Origin: an uncultured Spirochaetaceae bacterium
GTDB taxonomy: Bacteria > Spirochaetota > Spirochaetia > DSM-27196 > PWMO01
Length of the DNA: 64,000 nt
Reading direction: 5' to 3'
NCBI GenBank assembly: GCA_964654185.1
Contig: CAZZIE010000006.1
Span: 2,556-66,555, forward strand
Shown one piece after another: positions 10,320 to 20,720 of the stretch. How positions within the stretch are numbered: position 1 is the stretch's first letter; each line of letters starts with the position of its first letter. The notes below the pieces were generated by a model. It was not told the DNA's origin. It made no database searches and saw only the letters and a program-made list of their open reading frames with translations. The translations under genes and the position numbers were made by a program.

Positions 10320-11767
10320 TCTGATGATTCCTGTACCAGTCCGCCGTGCTCCAGGCGCCACGCGGCGATCTGGGTTTCCGGGAGCTGATTCGTCTCGAGG
10401 CGGTCCGCCTCGGCGTAGAAGCGCCGAGCCAGGGAGAGTTGCCCCTCGACATCGTAGTGGCCCGCCAGGAAGAAGATCAAAGAGGCGCGGATCGCCTCGG
10501 TCTGCTCATCCTGGGCGTACCGGAGGAGCATGGAGTCTCCCGACCGGCTCATGTAGAGACGGGCAGCGGCCCAGTAGCCGGTGTCCCGGGGAATGTGCTG
10601 GAGAACCGACTCCAGGTAGGCTCGGGCGTCGCGGTGATCCCCCTGAAACTTCCGCGCCAGCGCGGATAGAAGAGCGTAGCTGTGGGCGCTCCGATCGATT
10701 TCGTAGGCCTCCGCGAAGTAGTCCGCCGCCGCGGCGTAGTTCTCCTTCATGAAGGCCACCGTCGCGTAGGGTGCGAAGGCTGGATAGTAGGAAGGCTTGA
10801 GATCCAGAGCCTGGCGGTAGTCCTGATAGGCGTTCTCGACCTCGCCCAGGCCATGATAGGCCCGGGCACGCTGCGCATAGGAGAGAAATACGTCGGGATT
10901 CCGTTCGATCGCCTTCGAGAAGTCCTCAATGGCGGGCTCGAACCTTCCGCGCTGTGCGCGCACCCGGCCACGATCGAGGTAGTTCCAGGAGTACGAGGGC
11001 TCGAGCTCAATCGCCTTTGTGAGGTCCTCTTCCGCCGCGGCGAGGTTGTACTGGGCAACCCGCGCCCGGCCGCGATCGCTGTAGGCAAAGGGATAGTCCG
11101 GCTGCGTCTCGATCGCCTGTGTCAGGACCTCTTCCGCCTCTTCGGGCTTGTCCTGACGCAGGTGCACATTCCCCAGGCCGATGAGCGCGACGAAGTTGTC
11201 CTGATCCGCCTCCAGGCTGTTCTCGAAGGCGCTGCGGGCGGCGCTGTAGCGCTTCTCAGTCAGGTGGGTCTCGCCGATTGCGGCGTACGCGTCGGCATTC
11301 TCCGGATCGGCGTCAACCGCCCGTTCGAGGTAGTCGAGCTTGGCTTCTTCCTCGTTCCGGGCGCCGGCAATGAGGCCGAGGGCGTAGAGCGCCTCGCTGT
11401 TGCCGGGATCCGACTCAAGCGCCTGATTGAGCGTATCCGTGGCCTCGTCAAGGCGGCCGGCAACCATCTGGAGACGCGCCAGCAGGACGAGGGTTTCCGG
11501 ATCCTCAGGGTCCTTGAGGCGAGCTTCCTCGTAGGCGGCAATGGCCGCCTCGGGATCCCCCGCGGAGATGAAGAGACTGATCTCCTCGTAGGGGCGCTCC
11601 GGAACCTCTTCCGTCACCTCGGGCGGCGGTTCCGGGGCGGCCTCTTCGGGCGCCCTCTCCGGCGGCGTCGCACAGGACGCGACGAGCAGCATGAAGCCGA
11701 GCGCTCCGATCAGGGCGCCGGTGCCGGCCCGGCACGCGCTGCGCATCCGGCGCGCCATGGATGGCAT
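10316..11767 (-). CDS. TPR-repeat lipoprotein
   Basis: Signal peptide with lipobox (LLVASC) when started at the ATG at 11767 or 11758, followed by many TPR-like helices. The track start at 11905 adds a non-signal extension. Confidence 0.8.
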   Translation of the reverse strand: MPSMARRMRSACRAGTGALIGALGFMLLVASCATPPERAPEEAAPEPPPEVTEEVPERPYEEISLFISAGDPEAAIAAYEEARLKDPEDPETLVLLARLQMVAGRLDEATDTLNQALESDPGNSEALYALGLIAGARNEEEAKLDYLERAVDADPENADAYAAIGETHLTEKRYSAARSAFENSLEADQDNFVALIGLGNVHLRQDKPEEAEEVLTQAIETQPDYPFAYSDRGRARVAQYNLAAAEEDLTKAIELEPSYSWNYLDRGRVRAQRGRFEPAIEDFSKAIERNPDVFLSYAQRARAYHGLGEVENAYQDYRQALDLKPSYYPAFAPYATVAFMKENYAAAADYFAEAYEIDRSAHSYALLSALARKFQGDHRDARAYLESVLQHIPRDTGYWAAARLYMSRSGDSMLLRYAQDEQTEAIRASLIFFLAGHYDVEGQLSLARRFYAEADRLETNQLPETQIAAWRLEHGGLVQESSE

Positions 11768-11955
11768 GGATGCCCGGGATGCCGGAGACGAGCCGGTGCC
11801 CGAAACGTCACACGGACAACCGTCGGCGGACTCGTGCGGATCTGAGGGATGCTGGTGACTATGTGTGTTGGATATTGCGTACATGATTGGTCGAATGTGC
11901 GTCACTATACAGAAGCGGCTCTAGATTTGACAAGAACGGGCCGCAGGTTCCGCGG

Positions 11956-12480
11956 CTACCGCTCCTTGAGTACACGGACAAGCTCGCGCAGATACGCCGG
12001 AAGGTCCGGAGGCCGGCGGCTCGATACCAGATTGCCGTCGACCACCACAGGTTCATTCACCCAGGTTGCCCCGGCGTTCTCCATGTCGTCCCGGATGCCC
12101 GGGGTACTGGTCACGGTTCGGCCGGACAGTATCCCCGCCGAGATGAGCACCCACCCGGCGTGACAGATCTCTCCGATGATCTTTCCTTCGTCATTCATGG
12201 TCCTGACGATGTCGAGCACCTCGGAGAAGCGTCTGAGCTTGTCCGGCGCCCATCCGCCGGGCACCAGGAGCACCTCGTACTGCGAGGGATCAACCTCGCT
12301 GAAGGAGATCGCGGACTCCGCCGGGACGCCGTGTTTGCCGATGTAAGTGTGACCCGCCTTCTGCGCGGCCACGTCCACTGTCATGCCCTCCTCCTGAAGG
12401 CGATAGGTCGGATACCAGAACTCCAGATCTTCGAAGTCGTCGTGGAGCAGGCTCAGTGCCTTCTTATCCTGCAGGTCCAT
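11956..12480 (-). CDS. DJ-1/PfpI family protein
   Basis: 174 aa with the nucleophile-elbow context GEICHAGWVLISAG. Confidence 0.88.
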   Translation of the reverse strand: MDLQDKKALSLLHDDFEDLEFWYPTYRLQEEGMTVDVAAQKAGHTYIGKHGVPAESAISFSEVDPSQYEVLLVPGGWAPDKLRRFSEVLDIVRTMNDEGKIIGEICHAGWVLISAGILSGRTVTSTPGIRDDMENAGATWVNEPVVVDGNLVSSRRPPDLPAYLRELVRVLKER

Positions 12481-12516
12481 GAGATCCTCCTTGAGGTGGC
12501 CGATATCTGAAATGGC

Positions 12517-13887
12517 CTATATCTCCTCGGGGTTCATCTTGTGGAGCCACCGTCCCCGTTTCAAGATGATAAATCCCAGCGTCGCCGTCACGACATTGGA
12601 GAGCAACATGGCGAACCATATGCCCTGCGGACCCAGAGAGAGACCGATTGCCAGGAGCGCGGCTACGGGCACTCGAATTCCCCAGAGGCGTCCGACGTTG
12701 AGATACATGACCGGCTTGGTGTCGCCGCCGCCCTGGAAGGCGCCGTTGCTCACCATGAACATGGCGAAGGGGATGACCGACAGGGAAATGACCTTGAACA
12801 TGGTGGCGCCGTAGCTGATAACCTCCGGATCGTCGACGAAGAAGCGCGTCACCGAGCTGCCGAAGAAGAAGACCAGGACCATGGCCAGAGAGATGAATAC
12901 GAAGACGGTGCCGATGGACTGCTTCACCACCGTCTTTGCGATGTCCAGGCGGCGCGCTCCGATACTCTGACCCACGAGCGAGGCGGTTGCCCGGGAGAAA
13001 CCGATTGCCGGCATGGTGAAGAGATTGATGATCCGCGTCCCGACACCGAATGCTGCCACGACGGCGGTGCCGAAGGAGTTCACGATCCCCTGCAGCACAA
13101 TGAACCCCAGCGAGGCAACGCCCTGCCCGATTGCCAGGGGAACGCCGATCCCAAGCAGGCGTCGCTGGGCCGTCCAGTCCGGAACCAGGTACTCCGGCCG
13201 CAGCTTCATGTCACGATTTCCCCTGAGGAGAATCCAGAGGGCAAGGCCGGACGCAATGGCCCGGGAGAACACGGTACCGATCGCGGCCCCTTCGACCTCG
13301 AGGCGGGGAATGGGTCCGACTCCGAAGATGAGAATGGGATCGAGGGCCACGTTCAGCGCAACCGTGAGCACCTGGATCTTGAGCGGTGTCACGCTGTCTC
13401 CGACCCCCTGCATGGCCGCCTGAACCACAAAGAAAAGGAACATGAGAGGCATCCCCGAAAGAATGATCCGGAGATAGGAGAGCGTACCGGCAAAGGCACT
13501 CCCGGGGACCTGGAGCAGTCCCAGAATCTGCCGGGCAAAGATCACGCCGATCAGGGACGCCACAACTGAAAGCACCAGGAGGAGGATGGTGGTCTGCCCG
13601 AGGTAGAAATCGACGCGGTCGCGATCTCCCTTGCCCTTGGACTGGGAAATCAAGGTCGTTCCCGCCGTCGCCAGGGCGAGGCCGGAGACGACCAGGAACA
13701 TGACCAGGTTCAGCGATATGGATGGCGCAGCCACCGCCTCGGCGCTGATCTTCCCCAGGAAGTAGGCGTCGGCGAGGTTGTACAGCATCTGCAGGAGGTT
13801 CGCCGCCATGATGGGCGCGGCAAGGCGCACGAGATTGCCGTAAAGCTCCCGGTCGCCGCGGATTTCGGAAATGGGGGTGTTCGTCAT
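12517..13887 (-). CDS. MATE family efflux transporter
   Basis: About 12 TM segments. A MATE-like N-terminus (LAAPIMAANLLQMLYNLADAYFLG) follows the ATG at 13887. Confidence 0.88.
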   Translation of the reverse strand: MTNTPISEIRGDRELYGNLVRLAAPIMAANLLQMLYNLADAYFLGKISAEAVAAPSISLNLVMFLVVSGLALATAGTTLISQSKGKGDRDRVDFYLGQTTILLLVLSVVASLIGVIFARQILGLLQVPGSAFAGTLSYLRIILSGMPLMFLFFVVQAAMQGVGDSVTPLKIQVLTVALNVALDPILIFGVGPIPRLEVEGAAIGTVFSRAIASGLALWILLRGNRDMKLRPEYLVPDWTAQRRLLGIGVPLAIGQGVASLGFIVLQGIVNSFGTAVVAAFGVGTRIINLFTMPAIGFSRATASLVGQSIGARRLDIAKTVVKQSIGTVFVFISLAMVLVFFFGSSVTRFFVDDPEVISYGATMFKVISLSVIPFAMFMVSNGAFQGGGDTKPVMYLNVGRLWGIRVPVAALLAIGLSLGPQGIWFAMLLSNVVTATLGFIILKRGRWLHKMNPEEI

Positions 13888-14065
13888 GTGTGAGTCCGGT
13901 GCGAGTTCAGAACACAGAAGGTAGCTCACAGAAGCAAGGCGAGGCAAGAGAAGTGGCCCGAACCTTGGGGAACGGTGCGCCGTCGGTCGGGTGGGTGACA
14001 GTCAACGGCGCTTGCGCTAATCTGACTGCGCTACACAACCATTCGCGGTACCGAGGTAGGATCAG

Positions 14066-15220
14066 ATGACAGTAGGAATCGTTCAGGAGAGTGCTGAGGG
14101 GGAAACGCGAGTTGCCCTTGTGCCGCAGCACGTTCCCTCCGTTCTGAGGCTGGCGGATTCGGTGATCGTGCAGGCGGGCAGCGGAGACGCCTCCGGCCAC
14201 AGCGATGACGAGTACACCGAGCGCGGCGCATCCGTTGTCTCGACACGAGATGAAGTGCTCGGGCAGGCCGACGTGGTCCTCCGCGTACGGAGCGGAGCGG
14301 CGTCGCCCGATTCGGCCACGGACATCCGATCAATGAAGGAAGGAAGTGCCGTCGTCGGCTTTCTGGACCCGTACACACCTCACGAGAGCTTCCAGGCCAT
14401 GCGGGAGCGCAGGATCGCCTCCTTCGCCATGGAGCTCGTCCCGCGCATAACCCGCGCTCAGAGCATGGACGCCCTGTCGGCCATGGCCAACCTGGCCGGG
14501 TACAAGTCGGTCCTCCTGGCGGCATCCGAGCTTCCGAAGATGTTTCCCATGATGATGACCGCCGCGGGAACGATCGTGCCGGCGAAGGTATTCATAGTCG
14601 GTGTCGGCGTTGCGGGACTGCAGGCCATTGCAACGGCGAAGCGTCTCGGCGCCGTGGTGAGCGCCTACGACATCCGGCCGGCGGTGAAGGACCAGGTGAA
14701 GAGCCTTGGGGCGAAGTTCGTCGAAATGGAGCTCAGCACCGACGACGCCGAGGGCAGCGGCGGCTACGCCCGGGAGATGACCGAAGACTTCTACCGGAAG
14801 CAGCGGGAAATGATGACCGAGACCGTCCGCGAGAGCGATGTGGTCATCACGACGGCGGCGGTTCCGGGCAAGCGCGCGCCGATCCTGGTGACCGAGGACA
14901 TGGTCAAGGCCATGCACGCGGGAACGGTTGTCGTGGACCTGGGCGCCGAGCGCGGGGGCAACTGTGAGGTGACCGAACCCGGAAAGAGCGTCGTGAAGCA
15001 CGGCGTTCACGTCATCGGGCCGGTGAACGTGCCGGCGACCATGCCCCGCGATGCAAGCCAGCTCTACTCGAAGAACGTCTCGGCCTTCCTGGAGACGATC
15101 GTGAAGGAGAAGGCTGTGGTCATCGACCAGGAAGATGAGATTGTGGCGGCGTCGCTCGTTACCCATGAGGGCAGCATTCCCAATGAGCAGACTCGGGCAA
15201 ACCTCGAGGGAGAGAAGTAA
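14066..15220 (+). CDS. pntAA: NAD(P) transhydrogenase subunit alpha part 1 (dI)
   Basis: Alanine-dehydrogenase/PNT fold with Rossmann motif VFIVGVGVAGLQA. It is followed by split alpha-2 and beta genes. Confidence 0.93.
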   Translation: MTVGIVQESAEGETRVALVPQHVPSVLRLADSVIVQAGSGDASGHSDDEYTERGASVVSTRDEVLGQADVVLRVRSGAASPDSATDIRSMKEGSAVVGFLDPYTPHESFQAMRERRIASFAMELVPRITRAQSMDALSAMANLAGYKSVLLAASELPKMFPMMMTAAGTIVPAKVFIVGVGVAGLQAIATAKRLGAVVSAYDIRPAVKDQVKSLGAKFVEMELSTDDAEGSGGYAREMTEDFYRKQREMMTETVRESDVVITTAAVPGKRAPILVTEDMVKAMHAGTVVVDLGAERGGNCEVTEPGKSVVKHGVHVIGPVNVPATMPRDASQLYSKNVSAFLETIVKEKAVVIDQEDEIVAASLVTHEGSIPNEQTRANLEGEK

Positions 15221-15222
15221 TC

Positions 15223-15513
15223 ATGGAAGCAGGTCTTTCGTTCATCCAGGTTCTGACGGTCTTTGTGCTGGCGATCTTCGTCGGCTTCGAGGTCATTACG
15301 AAGGTGCCCCCGATTCTTCACACCCCCCTCATGTCCGGGTCGAACGCCATCTCCGGGATCACCATCATCGGGGCCCTTGTGGCGGTCGGCACGGGGAGTG
15401 AGACCCTCACCATTATTCTGGGCGTCGCAGCGCTGGTCTTTGCGACCATCAACGTCGTCGGCGGCTTTCTGGTGACGCACCGAATGCTGAGCAAGTTCAG
15501 GAAGAAGGACTAG
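15223..15513 (+). CDS. pntAB: NAD(P) transhydrogenase subunit alpha part 2 (membrane)
   Basis: 96-aa protein with 3 TM segments, placed between pntAA and pntB with 2-nt gaps. Confidence 0.9.
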   Translation: MEAGLSFIQVLTVFVLAIFVGFEVITKVPPILHTPLMSGSNAISGITIIGALVAVGTGSETLTIILGVAALVFATINVVGGFLVTHRMLSKFRKKD

Positions 15514-15515
15514 TC

Positions 15516-16934
15516 ATGGACAGAACCGTACTCATTGATGCCGCCTATCTCCTGGCGGCGGCGTTGTTCATACTCGGTTTGAAGGGCCTGAGCCATCCAA
15601 AGAGCGCGGTCCGGGGCAACCTCATGGGCGCCACGGGCATGCTCATTGCCATTGTGGTGACGCTGATCCGGGCGGACATTCTCGGTTACGGCCTCATTCT
15701 GATCGGGCTCGCCGTGGGCGCAGTGATCGGCGTGATCCTGGCGCTCTCCATCAAGATGACCGCAATGCCGCAGTTGGTGGGGCTCTTCAACGGCTTCGGC
15801 GGCGCGGCCTCCGTGCTGGTTGCCGGAGCGGTCCTCTTTCAGGTGATGGTCGGCGCCGGTTCCGGGGTCGAAGCCGCGGATGCGGGAAGTCCCGACCTGC
15901 AGTTCACGATTGCAACGGTTGCGTCGGGGTTGATCGGCGCGGTGACCTTTTTCGGGAGCCTGATCGCCTTCGGCAAGTTGCAGGGAATCGTGACGGAGAA
16001 GCCGGTCCGCTACACCGGCGAGCAGGTCGTGAAGTCCATATTGTTCCTCGCGGCCATTGCGGTGGGCGTATACATCGTCATGAATCCGGGAGAGGTTCTG
16101 GCCTACTGGGTCCTGGTGGCCGTTGCCGGGCTACTGGGCATCTTCCTGGTCATTCCGATCGGCGGAGCGGATATGCCGATCGTGATCGCCCTTCTGAACT
16201 CCTACTCCGGCCTGGCCGCGGCGGCGACGGGCTTCGTCCTGGCGAACAACATTCTCATTGTGGCGGGCTCTCTGGTGGGGGCGTCGGGCATCATCCTGAC
16301 GCAGATCATGTGCAAGGCCATGAACCGCTCCCTGGCCAACGTCCTCTTCGGAGGCGTCGGCGCCGTCGTGGAGAGTGCCGGCCAGGACGATATCTACGCC
16401 GGGAAGGTGAAGTCCACCTCCAGCGAAGAGGTCGCCATGATCCTGAAGACCGCGCAGCGTGTGGTCATTGTGCCTGGGTACGGCATGGCCGTCGCCCGGG
16501 CGCAGACGCCGGTTCGCCTGCTCACGGAGCTCCTGGAGGCGGAGGGCATTGAGGTGGAGTTCGCCATCCATCCCGTTGCGGGACGCATGCCCGGCCACAT
16601 GAACGTCCTCCTGGCGGAGGAGAACATCTCCTACGACAAGCTCCGGGAGATGGACGCGATCAATCCGAGCTTTCCTCAGACCGACGTGACAATCGTCCTC
16701 GGGGCGAACGACGTGGTGAATCCGGTTGCCCGGGAGGCGCAGGGGAGCCCGATCTCGGGCATGCCCATCCTGGACGTGGACAAGTCACGGACCGTGGTGG
16801 TCATCAAGCGCAGCCTCAGCCCGGGCTTCGCCGGGATTCCCAACCCGCTCTTCGCGGCTGACAACACCCTCATGCTCTTCGGTGACGGAAAAAAGGTGAT
16901 GGAGGAACTGGTCGCGTCGTACAAGGAGGCGTGA
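15516..16934 (+). CDS. pntB: NAD(P) transhydrogenase subunit beta
   Basis: Polytopic N-terminus plus a dIII NADP(H)-binding C-terminus (VIVPGYGMAVA..AIHPVAGRMPGHMNVLLAE). Confidence 0.93.
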   Translation: MDRTVLIDAAYLLAAALFILGLKGLSHPKSAVRGNLMGATGMLIAIVVTLIRADILGYGLILIGLAVGAVIGVILALSIKMTAMPQLVGLFNGFGGAASVLVAGAVLFQVMVGAGSGVEAADAGSPDLQFTIATVASGLIGAVTFFGSLIAFGKLQGIVTEKPVRYTGEQVVKSILFLAAIAVGVYIVMNPGEVLAYWVLVAVAGLLGIFLVIPIGGADMPIVIALLNSYSGLAAAATGFVLANNILIVAGSLVGASGIILTQIMCKAMNRSLANVLFGGVGAVVESAGQDDIYAGKVKSTSSEEVAMILKTAQRVVIVPGYGMAVARAQTPVRLLTELLEAEGIEVEFAIHPVAGRMPGHMNVLLAEENISYDKLREMDAINPSFPQTDVTIVLGANDVVNPVAREAQGSPISGMPILDVDKSRTVVVIKRSLSPGFAGIPNPLFAADNTLMLFGDGKKVMEELVASYKEA

Positions 16935-17035
16935 GCCGGCGCGCGGCGGGGCGGGCGGCCCCGCGCCGCGGGGGGGCGGGCGAGCCGCGTAGCGGCCCTG
17001 CCGTGCGCTGACCGGGGCGGCCGCGCGGCGCCCTC

Positions 17036-18283
17036 CTAGTTGCTCTCTTCCTTGTGATGAGGGTCCTGGTACTTCTCGGAAATGGTCTTGATGTTCGGGA
17101 GAACCTTGAAGAAGACGTCGACGATCTCGGGGTCGAACTGGGTTCCCGCCATGGAGCGGATCTCCTCGAGCACCTGCTCCTCAGTCCACGCTTCTTTGTA
17201 GACCCGCCTCGATGAGAGAGCGTCGTAGACATCTGAGATCGCGACGATACGTCCGAAGAGCGGGATCTCATCACCGCGCTTGCCCACAGGCTCACCGTTG
17301 CTGTCGGTCTTGAGGGGCTCACCCGTGGCAATGTCGACGTGGCCGGGGTAGCCGTTCCCGTCCCAGTGCTCGTGGTGGCTGATGGCGACCAGCTGGGCAA
17401 CCTCATCGAAGTCCGACTGCTTGTCGATGAAGAGCCGCGCCCCGTGGAGGGTGTGGGACTTCATGATGTGGAACTCGTCGTCGGTGAAGCGACCGGGCTT
17501 CTTCAGGATGACATCCGAGATGGCGACCTTGCCCACGTCGTGGAGCATGGCGGCCATGCGGAGGTTGTCCTTCGTCTTCTCAATGTCGTGCTGGGAGTAG
17601 CCGTGATCGTGGGCCCAGCGCTCGTAGATCTCAATGGCGTAGCCGGCGACGCGGTTGACGTGGGGACCGGTCTCTGTGGGATCACGAAGCTCCGCCATCT
17701 TGATCATGCGAAGGAGGATGGCCCGGGTCATCTGCGCACGCTGCAACGCCACGGTAGCGTTGGTCGCGAAGTGCATCAGCACCAGCTCATCGTCCTTGTT
17801 GAAGGAGGTGAGATTCCCCTTGGCAGTTTTCTTGTTGATGAGCTGGATCACGCCGAGAATCTCCCCCATGTTGGTCCGAAGGGGAATGACGAGCATGGAC
17901 TTGCTGAGGTATCCGCTCGCCTTATCGACGTTCTTGTTGAAGCCGTAGGGCGAATCCTCAGGAATCTTGTACACATCCGATATGTTTATCGGCTCACCCG
18001 TCGCGGCGGCGTAGCCCGCAATTGACTTCTTGTTGATGGGAAAGGAGAAGACCTTGTAGATGAGCTTCTCACCCCTGGGAAGCTCGGCCTGCTTCGTGTC
18101 GTTCTGAGCGTAGTTGATGACCAGCTCATCCCCGCGCTTGATGTAGATCGACCCGGCATCCGCGCTGGTAACGCGACGCGCCTCGGTCAGTATCCGTTCG
18201 AGGAGAATATCGACGTCCTTGAGCTTATTCAGCTCAGAGTCGAGGCTGATGACATCTCTGAGTTTTGATCGCTGCGCAGCCAT
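17036..18283 (-). CDS. GAF domain / HD-GYP domain protein (putative c-di-GMP phosphodiesterase)
   Basis: HDVGK and the HHEHWDGNGYP (HD-GYP) motif, preceded by a GAF-like N-terminal half. Confidence 0.88.
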   Translation of the reverse strand: MAAQRSKLRDVISLDSELNKLKDVDILLERILTEARRVTSADAGSIYIKRGDELVINYAQNDTKQAELPRGEKLIYKVFSFPINKKSIAGYAAATGEPINISDVYKIPEDSPYGFNKNVDKASGYLSKSMLVIPLRTNMGEILGVIQLINKKTAKGNLTSFNKDDELVLMHFATNATVALQRAQMTRAILLRMIKMAELRDPTETGPHVNRVAGYAIEIYERWAHDHGYSQHDIEKTKDNLRMAAMLHDVGKVAISDVILKKPGRFTDDEFHIMKSHTLHGARLFIDKQSDFDEVAQLVAISHHEHWDGNGYPGHVDIATGEPLKTDSNGEPVGKRGDEIPLFGRIVAISDVYDALSSRRVYKEAWTEEQVLEEIRSMAGTQFDPEIVDVFFKVLPNIKTISEKYQDPHHKEESN

Positions 18284-18477
18284 AAGTGGGAATTACGCCC
18301 CTCTGTTCTTACTCTCTCTGAGATTTCTTCCCCACGTTTTCTTGATTATCGGAACGTATTGCCAATAATCCGCAAGAACAAGCCCCCGAATTGGTTATTC
18401 TCGCGGCGATTCCGGGCCGTCGGCACCGGCGCTGCGCGATTTGGAACCGAAATGGCTCACACTCGGGCGAGACCGAC

Positions 18478-19407
18478 TCACAGTTTGGCCAGACGCTTCA
18501 TCTCCTCCTCCGAGAGAGGCGATAGATCGGTCGTTGCCAGGCGCCGGGTCAATTCACGCCAGCTCTCATCCTCCAGATAGATGGCTTTCAGCAGGCGCTC
18601 CGCCTCCGCGTCGTTGCCGTTCCCGGCCAGCGTGAGGGCGCGCCAGTACCGGAGCTCGAGATTCTCCGGTTGCAGGGCGTCGGCGGCTTCGAACTCCGCG
18701 GTTGCCTCCGCGAAGTCGCCCCGCGCAAGGGCGTCGTCGCCCCGACTTGCGTGATCGTAGGCGCGGCGCACGTCGATGAGTCGTCGCAGCTCGAGCAGTG
18801 GCTCCGGGTGATCCTCCACGCGCAGATCGAGCCGCCGGTCCTCCATCACGTGACCCGACGCTGCGGTGCCCACGATGAGGATGGTTGCGGACTGCCGTCC
18901 CCGGATATCGCCTCCGGCCTGTTCCGCCGCCTCCAGCGCCCGCATGAGGCGTTCCGCCAGCGGACCTTCGGCTGCGGTGAAGGCATCGGCCATTGCCGGC
19001 CACACATCGCGCGAGCGCATGAGATTGGCCTGGACCGAGAATCGCGGCTGGAGGGTGTGTCCCGCCTCGGAGATGCACTTCCCGCCGGTGTGGACGGCGA
19101 CGTCATATCCCGGCGCCGCAATGGCCAGCTGCCGATAGTTGCGCTGGTCATCATGGGCGAGCAGCGCAGACACCGCCTCGGTCGGGGAGGAGCCGTTCCG
19201 GAGAAGCTTGAGGCCTTCGGGTCCGAAGTCAACGTTCACCACCGACTGCGTGGCGACTACCCCGACGCCGGCCTCCGCCCAGGGCACAACGGAGCCTACG
19301 GAGAAGTAGTGTGACTGTACCGCCACGCCCATCTCGCCGGCCGTCTCATCCACCGCGACGATCGAATAGGTGTGCACCAGGGGATCGCGAGACGTGGTCG
19401 TGTCCAT
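18478..19407 (-). CDS. DUF1028-type Ntn-hydrolase-fold protein with C-terminal TPR-like helices
   Basis: TYSIVAVDETAGEMGVAVQS..GVGVVATQS..GGDIRGRQSA matches my recollection of DUF1028. The C-terminal part is TPR-like (ARGDFAEATAEFEAADAL). Confidence 0.7.
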   Translation of the reverse strand: MDTTTSRDPLVHTYSIVAVDETAGEMGVAVQSHYFSVGSVVPWAEAGVGVVATQSVVNVDFGPEGLKLLRNGSSPTEAVSALLAHDDQRNYRQLAIAAPGYDVAVHTGGKCISEAGHTLQPRFSVQANLMRSRDVWPAMADAFTAAEGPLAERLMRALEAAEQAGGDIRGRQSATILIVGTAASGHVMEDRRLDLRVEDHPEPLLELRRLIDVRRAYDHASRGDDALARGDFAEATAEFEAADALQPENLELRYWRALTLAGNGNDAEAERLLKAIYLEDESWRELTRRLATTDLSPLSEEEMKRLAKL

Positions 19408-19470
19408 AGAGCACTAGTATACCAACCACGCCCGCGGTCGGACAGGGCGGCGCGGGCGGCGCCGAAGCGT

Positions 19471-19530
19471 CGCACGGCGCCGCGGTCATTCGCACGGCGC
19501 CGCGGTCATTCGCACGGCGGGGCGGCTATT
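19471..19530. repeat. 20-bp x3 tandem direct repeat (third copy degenerate)
   Basis: cgcacggcgccgcggtcatt occurs twice, then cgcacggcggggcggctatt. It lies upstream of the DUF1028 gene and downstream of the acyltransferase gene. Confidence 0.85.
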
Positions 19531-19581
19531 CCCAGGACGCAGCGCGCGCTCGTCTGCGCGCCGCCGGGCCGCCGGGCCGCG

Positions 19582-20694
19582 CTATAGTCGGCGCGAGAAC
19601 ACCGGGCGATACAGTTCCTTCACGCGGTTGCTCCCGGGCATCTTGGTACGTTTGATCGGAGTGATTCGGATCCGCCGCCGCTCCAGACCGGCTCGACGCG
19701 TGAGGTCCCGGAGGGAAATGAGCGCGCGTTCGAGCTCCTGGGCGGTCTCGCTTCCGAGGCGGTAGGAGAAGAATGCCGGATTGGTTATTCGCACGAAGCC
19801 GAGCACGACCGCAACCGCCCGACCGAGCTTCTGGGAATTGAGGTATCGGTTCATTCGGCGAAGCGGGCGGACCCGGCGGCGCTTCAGGTTGTAGTAGAGG
19901 GCGTTGATCAGGACCGGAAGATGGAAGAACCGGGCGAGCACATCCGGCCGATAGAGCTGATCTTCGACCCGTTCCTCCTCGCCCGAGCTGCTGCGCATGG
20001 TGAGCTGAAGCTCGAACTCCTCCCACTCCGGACTGCTGTGGAGATCGCGATCCCACTGAGGGATCAGCTCTTCGATGTGGTCGAGGACGATCTCCGCGAA
20101 GTGCTCCATCTGCTGCTTTCGAGAGAGACTTTCGTCGCGCCGGGTGACCGGTATCGGCTCGCCAACCCTCGCCTCGAGACGAGGGTGCTGGAGGAAGAAG
20201 GCCTTGTGAATTGCCTCGGCCACACCGCCGAATCCGACAGGTACAACGGAAGCGCCCGTCGAGAAACTCAGCCAGGACACGCCGTTATGGGCCGACTTTC
20301 GCGCAGCCTGCCAGATCCCCCCTTCCGGGAAGATGCCGACAACGCCGCCGGATTCGAGAATGTGCTGTGCCTGCCGGAGTGCCTTGCGGTCCAGTTGCCC
20401 GCGGCTGTAGGGAATGTAGCCGTACCACTTGGCGAAATAGCGATACCGGCGATCAAGAGGAATGTCCCCGGCACCGATGACCTCGACGTCGTGGGGGCAC
20501 GCCATCATCATGAGGGCTACTTCCATGATGCCACGATGGTTTCCCGCTACGATGTAAGGACCGCGAGAGGGAAAGTGTTCGGTGCCGGATATGGTGGATC
20601 GGGTGAGCAGCCACAGCATTGTCCGGGCGAACCACCTCAGTGGTCGCCGGAAGAGATTTCGCCAGATGCTCAGGTATTCGGGCTTGCCGGCCAC
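19582..20694 (-). CDS. PlsC-family (lysophospholipid) acyltransferase with an extended C-terminus
   Basis: NHRGIME (an HX4E variant of HX4D) and IFPEGG motifs. GTG start, no clear SD, so the start is uncertain. Confidence 0.75.
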   Translation of the reverse strand: MAGKPEYLSIWRNLFRRPLRWFARTMLWLLTRSTISGTEHFPSRGPYIVAGNHRGIMEVALMMMACPHDVEVIGAGDIPLDRRYRYFAKWYGYIPYSRGQLDRKALRQAQHILESGGVVGIFPEGGIWQAARKSAHNGVSWLSFSTGASVVPVGFGGVAEAIHKAFFLQHPRLEARVGEPIPVTRRDESLSRKQQMEHFAEIVLDHIEELIPQWDRDLHSSPEWEEFELQLTMRSSSGEEERVEDQLYRPDVLARFFHLPVLINALYYNLKRRRVRPLRRMNRYLNSQKLGRAVAVVLGFVRITNPAFFSYRLGSETAQELERALISLRDLTRRAGLERRRIRITPIKRTKMPGSNRVKELYRPVFSRRL

Positions 20695-20720
20695 GATTAT
20701 GGGCCGTTACGGCCGACGTC

